A stretch of 64,000 bases of DNA, from assembly GCA_021613535.1 (NCBI GenBank), contig CP075493.1:17856001-17920000 (forward strand), read 5' to 3'. Below are positions 37,501 to 49,461 of the stretch, piece after piece. The DNA comes from Adineta vaga (Eukaryota > Animalia > Rotifera). Below the pieces are notes generated by a model. That model made no database searches, was not told the DNA's origin, and saw nothing but the letters and a program-made list of their open reading frames with translations. Position 1 is the stretch's first letter, and the number at the start of each line of letters is the position of its first letter. Position numbers and translations under genes: made by a program.

Positions 37501-40500
37501 GGAAGGATTCGTCCAATGACAGTTTGAAGAGATTATCAATTTTATGAAATAATAAGGGTTTTTAAAAAGGTAATTCAGACACTGAAGCACGCTTAATGCT
37601 TTATGTAATTGTTAAAAGTATTGATGCAGTCGTGGAATTCATCTCAAGAAGGAAATAAAATGAAGGAAAGCGTGAAGTGGACTTTAGAAGGTGGACAGTC
37701 AAAAGAGATATATTGAGTTTCTACTGAACCCATAGAAAGTTGAAATGAAAACTATCAACATATGTAGTAAAGAGAAACCATACGCAGGAAGAATAGCATA
37801 TAAGTCTGGCTGTTATGAGTAAGGTCTAACTGTTGGCACTAGGTTGAACTGAAGACAAATATTCTATATACTATTCGAAACACCTACTCTGGAAACTATA
37901 AAATAGGTAACTATGTCATTAGTTAACGATATAATCGCAGGAACTCACATAGAATTTTTGAATATTAGAAAGCTAGTTATGGAAATAGTTAGAGAAACAG
38001 ATTAAAAATCGATTGCGATATCACTTTTATTATTTTAATTTAATCAGATCTTTTCGCTCGGAAAAAGACTTCATGTAAGTTAATTTTTTTCTATGCATTC
38101 TAATCGATTATTAGAAAAATCCCCGTTGCTTATGATTTTCAGCTTTTCTCCTAACTTTTTACACAGATAGTTAAGTAAAATATATGATTATATAATTAGC
38201 AACAGTTTTCTTATTCTGAATTCATATCTGAAAATAAGACATGAATAAATGACTAAATTTCAAAAAATGTTATTAAATCGCTTACCTCGGATTCACTTTT
38301 GTACCACTTTAGAACTGCATGCCGAAAAAGGATATTGTGGAAGATTTATTCAATAATTCATCTTGCGTTACTTGTCGAATGAGATCTAAATAAAAAAAAT
38401 ATGATATATAAATTCATCGTTACTTGATACAATACCCTTTGATTTATATTTCACTTGTATATATAAAAAAAATTTAAAAAAAGATTTTGTTATTGTTCAA
38501 TCGCTTATCTTTAGTATGCATTTGAATCGAGTCTAAATATAACTAATTCATCTACTATTGATCTGTCGTTGACAATATCTAAAGAAAGAAATGAAAACAT
38601 TTTTAATTGTTATGAAATTATTTACCTTTGATTTGGTCCAATGTGAAATCTAAAATAAACCTAAAATAAGTTATATAGTCAATGGTGTATCAGTTGTATT
38701 TTATTGTTTCTCGAATGATACCTAGAAAGCAAACGAAAATATCTGTTCAATATTACAAAATAACGTATCTTACATTCGTCGTTAAATTCAATCCACATAA
38801 AGAAAATAATAATATGTCATTTTGTTGAATTAGAACCTAAATAAAGAAAGCAAATAAGATCATCAATTAATGTATCAATAAATTATTTACTTTTTGTTTA
38901 CTTTAAAATCAGATCTAAATCGAAAGAAAAAGTATTGTTTTATTAAAATTAAATAACTTACCTTTGATTAATAGTTGAAGCAAAAAAGACCATGGAGTCA
39001 ATGTAAAGTTTGATTATTGTGAATTGAAGTATATTTGAATTGTTTTTGAATGACGTCGAAAGGAAAAGAGAAAACTGGAAATAGAAAAGATAGAAAAAAA
39101 ACATCAGATATTAAACATTAGATACTCCAAATAAAATTATAAAACTGATTGAACAAAAAAGAAGTAAATCAGTCTTCTGAGTAACGAAAAATGCACTGAA
39201 ATTTTTAATAATAAATAAAACATTACGATATTGATATTAATTACGTAGTATATTGTTGTGAGAACTAAACAATTAACTGAATCGGTAATTGAAAAAAAGT
39301 GTTGAAAACATAGATGAACATCTTGCTGCATATATCGATGAAAGAAATAAAAAGATTAACTTAGTGATTAAAGTGAACAAAAATGGATGAAGCATTTATC
39401 GAAATGTAGTTTTTTAATAAACGATCTTACTTGAAAAGATGACGTATCGAATCAAAAGGCAATAAGAAAAATTTTTGTTTGAAACATCTTCGTTGATCGT
39501 TAAAATGATTGTCATATGTTAAATTTTATAAGAAAAAAAGTTATACTTTATTTATAATGAATTTAGATATAATTAAGTTGAATCATGTTTTTTGTTAAAG
39601 AAAAAATAATCGATAGAGATGAAGAAAGAGAAAATAGACAAGAAATTCTAGATGATTTATATAAATATTAAACTACCTATATATTATAATCTTCGTTTTC
39701 GTTTTGGTCTTGAATTAAAATTTGAATTCGTAAGATCATTTAATGGAATGGAATTCGTAGTTGTAATTTGATCATCAGCTGTTTCAACCATATTTGAACC
39801 TGTAGAATTTTGATGATCCGAAAATGAATTCTTTTTTTGTCGTTTACGTTGTTTCACATGTGGTTGTGATTTTGAATGTAATGATGATGTGTTTTCCATA
39901 TTGTTACTATTTCTATATGAAATAATATTGTCAATATTGCGAAATAAATATATCAGAATACTATATCTTACTCATTTGTATCAAGATTATCATTTGTTGA
40001 TGTTGTTTCGATTAATTGATTTATCATAAGACCATTATCTTGAACTGGAAGATCACCAGGTGAATGTAATTCAATTTGTGTATGTGATTGAGATTCATTT
40101 TCAGATGTTGCTGAAGAATTTGATAACGAATTTGACATTGCTTGTTGTTGTTGTCGTTGGTATTGTTGCTCAGCATAAATATCGATATTCTTTTCTTTAA
40201 TTAATATTCGAACAGAATTTGTTAAATATCTTGTTTCAGCATGTAATATTGCATAAAGAAGTCGAATAGTTCGGCTTTTTTTATCAAATGCCAACTCAAA
40301 TACTGAATACATAGCAACTAGAAGTGCAACAGCATCATCTGGTGAATCGGTTGATACAATAGAATTGAAATCCACATAAATATGAATGATATCATTAATA
40401 CAAACTAATGTAGGATATGGTGTTGGTGGTTCCTAAATAAATTTTAGTTTTTAAAACCTTCAAAATGAAAAAAAAAGCCTATGAACACATTCTATAACGT

Positions 40501-42499
40501 TATGTTTCTATGCATATATCTGCTAGTTGGTCAATATGTAATTGTGCAATGTATTAGTTGTACAACTATAGATAAATGATTTAGATACCATTTGCTAATA
40601 TCAGTAATGTGAAATAAGAAGAACTCTATATATTAAATTCAAGACAAATGAATTCTACAGAGTATACGATTGAATAAATCAATATCCGTTGCAATTATCA
40701 TAGATTAAAACCTCATTTAGGTAATTTTTTGAATCAATCATTTATCCGTGAATATTCACCACCTTAAACGGTTTTTACATCTTATTCTACTCGAATTTAA
40801 AAACAAATCAACCAAACCATCTGTCATAGATGCTGTCGAAAAAAGCTACTTACATTATTACATAACAAATGTTGAACTGTTTCACCAAATGCTTTGCACA
40901 AAACTTTGATCAATTGAATTGAAGGCGAATCTATAATTAAATATAATTTCCTAAAACATATATATTAATCTGCTATTTGCCTGTTATAAATACTGGTGAT
41001 GAAACAATTTTATTTAAGATAATTGGTGTTTGTCGACGTATAGCTGCAGCTAAATCGATCTTCAACAGCATTCTGGCCTCTTCGAATATCTGTTTGAAAA
41101 AAAATTTTATAAAATTCATTATGTTAATAAACGATAAATATATTTACTAAGAATGAATCGGAATAGCCAGGATATTTCTGAATAACATCAGATGTTGATT
41201 GATTACGTATACATTCACGACGACAGGAAAATGTTTCTTTCCATAATTTCAATTTTGTTTCATCATCAATTTGAGATACATCTTGTAATTGATTTATTTT
41301 TGTTTCAATATCATTGGCGATATGATCATTATATGGAATTATCATCATCTAAAAAATAAAGATGAATTTAAAATAAAAATTAAATTTTAACTTACTTGTT
41401 TGAATCGCTCTCTTTGAGCTATTTCATTAATTCGACGTTTAACAGGTCTACCTGAACCAGCACGTGAATATTTCGCACGATAATCTTGTACGATAGGATT
41501 ATCTGAATGTTCTGAACGTATTCGTTTTAGCTTGGTCTGCAAAGCATCTTTCCATACGGTCTATGTGTCAAAAAATAGATTAATTTCTTATTATTAAATA
41601 AAAAAAACTTACGACATTGTTTTTTGTCATTGGTAAATTCAAAAATTTAACTATTGCATTTCCTACTATATCGAATTGTTTTGACGTTAGATAACTATAA
41701 ATAGAAAGAAAAATTAATAAAAAGTTTGATTGAATATCTATAGTTTTTTTAGAAGCTTCTGTCAAAAATGACCAATGTTTCGTCTCACACTGCTTTTAAT
41801 CCTACTATAGTATTCAATTTGAATACTTAAATAAGTCATTTTGTATGATTTTAACAAAATTAAAAAAACTGTTTTCTATATGGCTTAAAGATTATATTAT
41901 TAATACATACAATCTTTGTTTTTACAATCAACCCAATCAAATACAAGACAAAATCATAGGAATTTCTACACCGTGAAAAGATTTATATTATTAGCAGAAA
42001 TACATTCTGTACATTTTGATAATTATTATGTGAAAAGCTATGTAAAAGATCACTTTCGAAGCATTAAAAATCTAGCAACATATGTACATTTTTCCTTATC
42101 ATGCTCTTAGTCTATTTGCTTTAAATCATTACTTACAAACGTTTGTAATTGTTAATGAGATCGAAAGAAACAGCATCAATAAGAATTTGTCGATTGGCAC
42201 AATGTGGACCAAATGTACTTAATGCTCCATCTTCAATATTTTTGATCACATTATTTGGTAATAATGGAATATTATATTCTTCTGGAAAAGGTTCAAGAAT
42301 ATTTGTATGATGATCATATTGATTTGGTGTAAAACTGTTTGCAGATGGTTTTGGTAAACAATCAGCTGATGGTTCAGTAGTAATAATTGATTTTGGAGGA
42401 TTTGTTGTTGTTGTTGTGGTGGTAAATGATGGAGAAGTATTTGTACTAATTGATGGTGTTTGAGCAGTTGTAATAATTGTTGACGAACCATCGAACTCA

Positions 42500-43118
42500 C
42501 GAGGGAGGTACCCAAAGTGATTAATCGATTTTGAGTCTAGACTCGGTGCATAAAGTAGACTCCGGTGAGCTATGAAAAACCCTAAAAGGATAAGGGCCCA
42601 TAGACTTTCTGCCGAAAGTTATAGGTATTTTACTGAAATATTGGACTCGGGCATGAGATGTGCTAAAAACTCGAATGGCGATATTTCGACCTAAAATTTT
42701 GTCCATAGAAAGGTCTGTTGATAAGTAGAATGGTCTGAAAATTTCAGCTCAAAATAATGTTCCGTTCTCGAGATATTAAAGTTCGAAAAAACAGAAAATT
42801 TTAGCAGCTTTCGTGACATATGAATAATTTTTCACACTGCAATATCTCGAGAAAGGAACGTTATTTTGAGCTGAAATTTTCAGACCATTCTACTTATCAA
42901 CAGACCTTTCTATGGACAAAATTTTAGGTCGAAATATCGCCATTCGAGTTTTTAGCACATCTCATGCCCGAGTCCAATATTTCAGTAAAATACCTATAAC
43001 TTTCGGCAGAAAGTCTATGGGCCCTTATCCTTTTAGGGTTTTTCATAGCTCACCGGAGTCTACTTTATGCACCGAGTCTAGACTCAAAATCGATTAATCA
43101 CTTTGGGTACCTCCCTCG
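42500..43118. mobile_element. Tc4/Tc5-type foldback MITE (619 bp)
   Basis: 278-bp near-perfect inverted arms (42500-42777 / 42841-43118) starting CGAGGGAGG; 3-bp TSD TCA in a CTCAG target. Confidence 0.9.
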
Positions 43119-43771
43119 TCAGGCAAAGTAATCTCTGTTCGAAATATTTTTTCTCTTTCTTCTAAAAAGATTAATTGATGTTTAAATTTGGGAATAATGA
43201 CCGATATTCTTTCAACGGTACTCATTAATTTGAGAGTTGGTCCATCGACATCGTATTCTAAATGATAAATAAAAATAGTTACGTTTTATTAAATGCGTCT
43301 TTCAGCAATATTTGCTTTATGTTTGAAAAAGCTAAGTCAATCAATCTTAAAGAATACAACGAATGTTTTGCTATGCTATGTGAATGAGAAAATGAACACA
43401 AATAGAAAAGAACAAAAACATTCAAAAAATGATCACAACTAGATCGACAACCTATACAATGTTTCAAAACCAACGTTCAAAAATTCATATAGTTTGACAC
43501 GAAACGAATTTCAATCATTTTTTGAAAACTATTTTCGCAAAAAAACTTCATAGAGATTTGATTTTTTTAGTTTATAGACTGAAAATGTTTAAAAATATCA
43601 TGAAAAGATGGAAACAGATAAGAACTATAAACTTTTAATATCCGATCTAATATTTCACAAGAAAATCTATCAGATAAATAAAATCAGAAAGTACTAATAA
43701 ATTTTAATAAAGAAATGAGAAAAAAATGAAACAACATATGAATTTAAAACAATATCAATTGTAAATTCTCC

Positions 43772-46700
43772 TTAATAGAAAGTCAATCGACCGGTGAATG
43801 AAACAAAACTTGAATCTTTTACATGGTAAATATCCAATCCTTTATGTAAATATTTCAATTCACATGGATCAAGAATAGCATAACGATCAAGCGACTTAAC
43901 TTCCCATGTGAATAAATTTTCGTCGAACGATTTGGTATTCAATAAGTCAACCAATAACCACCATTTTTCACTTGTTTTTAAAATGAAAACTATCTGTGCA
44001 AATCTTGGTTGTTCATCCTCATTTCTTAATCCTATTACATAAACAGCTGATCGACAATATTCTATATTTTGATAGATTAATTTGCTACATTGCAATAAAT
44101 TCATTTCACAATCAAGATTACCGAAATGATCAAGTAAAAGATTTTTCATTGTCTTGGTAAATAATGAATTCTGAACTGTTTTTACTCCTACAGAATAACA
44201 AACATTTCCTAATGGAGAAAAACGACTAAATTTGTAACATTGTTTAAAACGAAAATGTGTTGCCAGCATTTTAGGTGTGTTCTTGAAATTATTGGTTCTA
44301 ATAGAAAGTTTTTTAAAATAAGCATGACTCGATTCATATCTAAAACACCATTGTCGTGTCGCTGGACCATAATCACGTATCATTTGACCATATTCACGAA
44401 TGAAATGAGTTTTTGGTATAATCTTATTTGGAAAATGCATAACCATTGAGCGATGAAATGCATCACATAAGTCATCAAGAACAGATAACCATGTTTTTCT
44501 GAACGGACAAGATAAAACTAAATCCAAAATATCACGTAGAATTTTGTAAACAATGAAAGACTCCAATTTATCAATTATATCGAAAAAAATTATTGGAAAC
44601 AATTTGAACAGGCAAAGTTTCTGTGCAGCTGTAGCAATAATACGTTCATTCTGTAAATGTTTCAATTGGATAGGTGGTGGCCGATTAGCAGTATCAAAAT
44701 ATCCATATTGAAAATTAGTCGTACGTTCTTGAATACGAGCTTAGAAAAAAAGAAAAAAAATACTTGGTGTATTTAATATCCGATATTTCTTTTTACTAAA
44801 CAAAGGTGAATCTATCTTTTATCGTTTTTTCCGTCATAAAATGCATCATTATTTAACAAAGTGAATAAATTTCAAATCATTATACAACTGCATACTCAAA
44901 TACATCTTTAACAATATCATTCAACTCAAACAAAGTCTGAAGAACTGAAGAAGAGTCATTGTTTTTTATTATTAAATGAACTCCATATAATAATAAAATT
45001 TGCAATCATATGTGAGAATAGGCCATACTACTTTTAGAAAAGCTTTTCAATAAATTAGAAAGTCATATATCAAACGAAAGTTTTTCTCCCTTTACTATGC
45101 TAACTCACTAAACCAAAATATAAAAAGAAATGACATTTTGGATAAGAAATATTAATATTACCGTTCGATATCTCTCGTTAAACCTGACTGAATTGAAGAA
45201 AGTCATAGAAAAAAATGATTCATATATAAAAATATATAACTCAATCGATTATTGTCGAGTTTGTTTGTTTTCGAATGATTTAATTGTGTAAAAATATAAG
45301 AGGCAAATACTAAATCGACTCTAATTCATTTATGAGGAAATAAAAACAAACTACTATAATAGAAATTCATCAGATAATCTCAATTAACGAACTGATTCTC
45401 ACCATGTGTTATAAGACGCTTTGATGAAGCTTCTTTTAAAAGTGACATTATCACCATCGGACAAAGTCCTTCGAGAAAATCGTGCACACAATCCGCGGGC
45501 AGGCATGTTGTTGGATGAAAGCCAATAAGATTATGTAAAGGACTTCTGCCAACCACACCCATCATAGGAGATTGATTTGAATCATTTAAAATCTGTTCAA
45601 CTATCGAATCATGATCAAAAATCTCTCGACTTTTGAAATCTGATAATGGTGTTAATAAACTTCTATCAGCATAATTGATATAACATCTCCGACAAAAATA
45701 TCCATTACTAAAACATGTCTGGAAACCACCTAACCAATTACTTGCAAGATTATCTGCAACAACAGTTGAAAATGTAAATTTAAAATGAATATTATTGATC
45801 ATTAGACCATTAAGTTGTAGTTCATTTAAATTGTCAACAATCGGTTGAAAAAAATGATTTGCTTTCACAGGATCCTCAAATAAAACAAAGATTCTCATAT
45901 ATTTCAAATATGTCACGATATTGTATTTCTGCTTTTAAATTAGAATAATTAAGGTAATATCTTTTCTATTGTGCTACATATACAATACAAATATACTAGT
46001 TTCAACTATCGAAAATAGATAAGATTTATTCAAATGAGCAATTCAGTTTGCTTTCTTTCAAATCTATTCAATATTTTCTTTTTCAATCGAACTCTTTTCT
46101 TATTTACAGTATATTTCTGATGAAAATTTTTACCTTCAGGATTCTATTTTCACAAATTCCAACAAGCTGGATGAAATCCAGCTTTGATCTGTATTTATCT
46201 GGTATATCTTCAAGGGTGAAATAAATTATACTCATCTTATGGCGATCACGTTTTGATCCCAAAGGATTAGTTAAACTAATGTCGTCGATATATAATTGAA
46301 TTAACAAATGATCATCATCTACCACTAAGCCATGATGGCTATCTCTAATTGAAAACATTAAATCATTATCCAATTCTGTTAATGATTGTTGCTGATGAAT
46401 ATTTTCGAGAATTTCATGACAAAATTGCTGAGAGCTGAGTACCAAAGATAAGCTTTTGTCAATTGGAATAAAATAACCAAAACTAGAATCGTCAACAACA
46501 GACGATACAGGAACTTCTTGTACAGGAGTAAAGTTAAAATGTTCTTCACAATATTTCATAAATTGATACTCACTCTTCGTTATAGAGTCAATTCCATTGC
46601 AAAAATCATCAAATACAAGTTTTAATTGATTAAAATAAATAAATTTTTGCTCTTCATTTTGAGAAATCGATGATGGAAATAAATCACTATTTTGACAAAA

Positions 46701-47267
46701 ATCAAATGCTTTTTTTTCTAATAATACTTGAATATTATTAATTAATGAAGTAACATATGTAGAAATAACACTTGTGACATTTTTTGGTAGTAAAAATTCT
46801 TCACGTAGTTGTAAAATAAATAATGCATATGATTTTTTAATATCTTTTATTGAATTTATGCTTTCTTCTTTACGATTACTTGAAAAATAAAATGATGATT
46901 CAATATCATCAGATAAAGTTGAGTCTGCTTCATAATCCATATAATTTGATTCCTGGTTCCCGGCGTCCTCCATAAACTCAGTTCCAGTTGCAAAATCAAC
47001 ACTTTTTTCTTGTGGATTATCAATAGAAGATGTATATGTATGATTGTTTTCTTTTTCTGATGAATGTAGTTCCACTGAATGTTTTCGATATATATGTGAT
47101 TTGTATGCGGAATATTTTTTGTAAAGCACACCGCATGTATCATGTAAATTACACATAATTTCAAATTTTGGATCATTTTGATGATAAAGAGTTATATGTC
47201 GAAACATTTTAAAGAAACTTGAAAAATCTCTATTCGTTGAGCAAAGTGGACAGATAAACGACGACAT
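43772..47267 (-). CDS. EnSpm/CACTA transposase with C2H2 fingers, copy 2, apparently intact (857 aa)
   Basis: Exons 47267-46134, 45874-45403, 44739-43772; lengths (1134/472/968 nt) are identical to copy 1. Motifs LIQLYIDD, VADNLASNWLGGF..CRRC, DCVHDFLEG, YGP..WCFRYESSH. Confidence 0.92.
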
Positions 47268-48339
47268 TAGATGGTGACGTTAAATGCTTGATGTTGTAAC
47301 AAAAATTGTCCTTTATTTATATATATTAACTAAATAGGTAGCTTTTTCTCTATTTACCGATTTATTTAAAGATTATTTCTTAAACAAGATGATAAAAACA
47401 AAGAAACAATAGCTAATATTAACCAATCAAATATAGACATTCAAAACTATTCATTTCTTTTCTTTCATTTTAAGCGCGCGCTTCTGTTTCACTAGAGATA
47501 AACAAAAGAAGAATTGTAAGAAAAAAGGATAAACAAAAGAAAAATTGTAAGAAAAAAAAGATAAACAAACATAATTCAATGCCTACATCGTTCAATACCG
47601 ATTTCTGGAGCGCTTAACGAAAGATACGATGCGATTAAGTATCTTGAACTACATAGAACGAGCGAAAAAACAACAACAACAACAACACATTTGTCTAACT
47701 AATAAAAACAAACTGACCTTGAATACGTGATAAAATTGATTCATCATTAATAAAAGTTTTACACCATTGAATAACTTGTTCACAAGACCAGTCCATAATT
47801 TGATAGTAATGAAAGATGAGGTGAGACGAAGAAAATGATATAATAATAAGAATGATCAGATATCGACGAACTATCTAAAATTTTAAAAAAAACCTCGATA
47901 AATAGTTACCGAATACATCAATGCTGGAAAATAAACAGACGCTTTTACAGAAAAGAATATCACCGAAGGTTTCTTTTCTTTATTTTATTAAACGGCGATT
48001 GTTGTATTGTTATACTGTGCGATTTATCTAATCGCAAAACAAACCAATAGATGGTGGCAGCACCTCGCAATATTTCGAATATTTATAGACAATTGCTTGG
48101 TAACGGTTTTCAGTGACAACTTCACATAAAACTAAACCATCTCGAATAATTCAAATTATGTCTTATAAACAAAACTTTCAAAAGAATGATCATAGTTCGT
48201 AATCTATTTAGTTTCTCTTGGCATATCCACTTATATCAGACAGTCGCATATATAATGCACTTTGGTGACAGATCAATTTTGAATCAAAAGTAAAATGTAA
48301 TTTAAAACGAAGTAAATAGAATTATCCATTTCCAAGTAT

Positions 48340-48570
48340 AGTTAATAAACTCTTTGCAATGAGAAAGTACAAGAATAAACTGTTCAGCGAAGAATGATAT
48401 ATCTTTTACAATGATAAAGTGCAAGAGTAAACTGTTCAACGAAGAATGATAAACCCTTTGCAATGAGAAAGTACAAGAATAAACTGCTCAGCGAAGAATG
48501 ATAAACCCTCTGCAATTGAAAAGTACAAGAATAAACTTCTCAACGAAGAATGATAAACCCTCTGGAACGC
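48340..48570. repeat. 52-bp tandem array (~4.5 units), 5' subterminal region of CACTA copy 2
   Basis: Unit GAATAAACTGTTCAGCGAAGAATGATAAACCCTTTGCAATGAGAAAGTACAA. Confidence 0.85.
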
Positions 48571-49065
48571 AAAGGGTATAAAACACAATTGTTCCCTTAC
48601 AATAACAAACCCTTTTGATTAAGACGCAGATTGATCAACCTCTATGTGCAGAGTAATAAACCTGTTGTGAGCAAATGGACAAGAATCTACCCTTGCCCGT
48701 TGAATATTAGACTGCATAACGGAGACGTATAATGTTCTATCGTGAAAAGTAGAAAAATATACGCGTTCAAAGAGAAGGTAGCATGATAAATGCCAAAGAG
48801 AATAATAAAATACCCTTATTGGGGAAACGTATAACTATCTATCAATTTTGATTGAAGAACATACTCTCGACTTGGTATAACGAAATAATAAACCCTTATA
48901 TTACTATCATAAACCGTTTCAGTTTTGATAAACTTTTAGTTTGATAAACGATTTGAATACTAAACCTTCGAAGGGTTGATAAAACATATATAAACCTTTG
49001 AAAGGTTTATTGACAAATTTCTTAAGGGCAAGGGTTGATTATTATGCGGATTTTTTTTTCAGTGT

Positions 49066-49448
49066 TGTTTATCCTTCGTTAAGAATGACACCAGCTCACA
49101 ACAATTCCCCTTCTGACATTTGTAGTAATTAGAGAGATAGATAAAATTGGTCTAGTATACTGAGATAGAAACGAAAAAATTTATCATTATGAGTTTTCCA
49201 AAATTCGAATGGTTCTATTTGCTTTTTACTTTTATCAAACTCAAACAACAAGTATTTGTCAAGCTCGTCTCCTTTTTTTCTGTTATACTCATACTCATCA
49301 CTTTCATCACTGCTTTCAGTTCGACTGATTATGTTTTCCGTGAAATTATTAAACGCACATCGACTCAACAAATTATTCTTATGTTTCTTTTCGATGGTTG
49401 CAATAAATATTTGTGATTTTCTCCTACTTTTACTTGTCGTATCTTTAT
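49066..49448 (-). pseudogene. Remnant C-terminal (dimerisation) region of a hAT transposase
   Basis: DELDKYL...EPFEFWKTHNDKF..LS..RSI resembles the hAT dimerisation domain; it appears to continue beyond CACTA copy 2 at ~36600-36655 (KLDKMLII). Confidence 0.6.
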
Positions 49449-49461
49449 CTCTTTCTCGCCG

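Larger units (their letters stand above)
39684..47796 (-). pseudogene. CACTA copy 2 second gene: SAM-domain (SAMD3-like) protein, exon 2 disrupted by a foldback MITE
   Basis: Exon 1 47796-47718 (MDWSCEQVIQWCKTFINDESILSRIQ) splices in phase 1 to the exon starting at 43257 (EYDVDGPTLKLMSTVERISVIIPKFKHQLIFLEEREK). Removing the MITE plus one TSD restores the frame (TLPEFDGSS...FGPHCANRQILIDA). Later exons match copy 1 (ORFs 41580-41765, 41124-41348, 39968-40375, 39684-39899). Confidence 0.82.
36656..49064 (-). mobile_element. EnSpm/CACTA (CMC) DNA transposon, copy 2
   Basis: Termini CACTGAAAAAAAAAAG...GCGGATTTTTTTTTCAGTG; 2-bp TSD TT/TT; same gene organisation as copy 1 in the opposite orientation. 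Confidence 0.92.

Noticed and set aside
42521-43097. Two identical 61-aa ORFs on opposite strands
   Set aside because: They are a by-product of the MITE's inverted arms.
16268-49064. A single 32.8-kb composite transposon bounded by the two outer CACTG ends
   Set aside because: The outer flanks differ (TA vs TT) and each element has its own matching 2-bp TSD.
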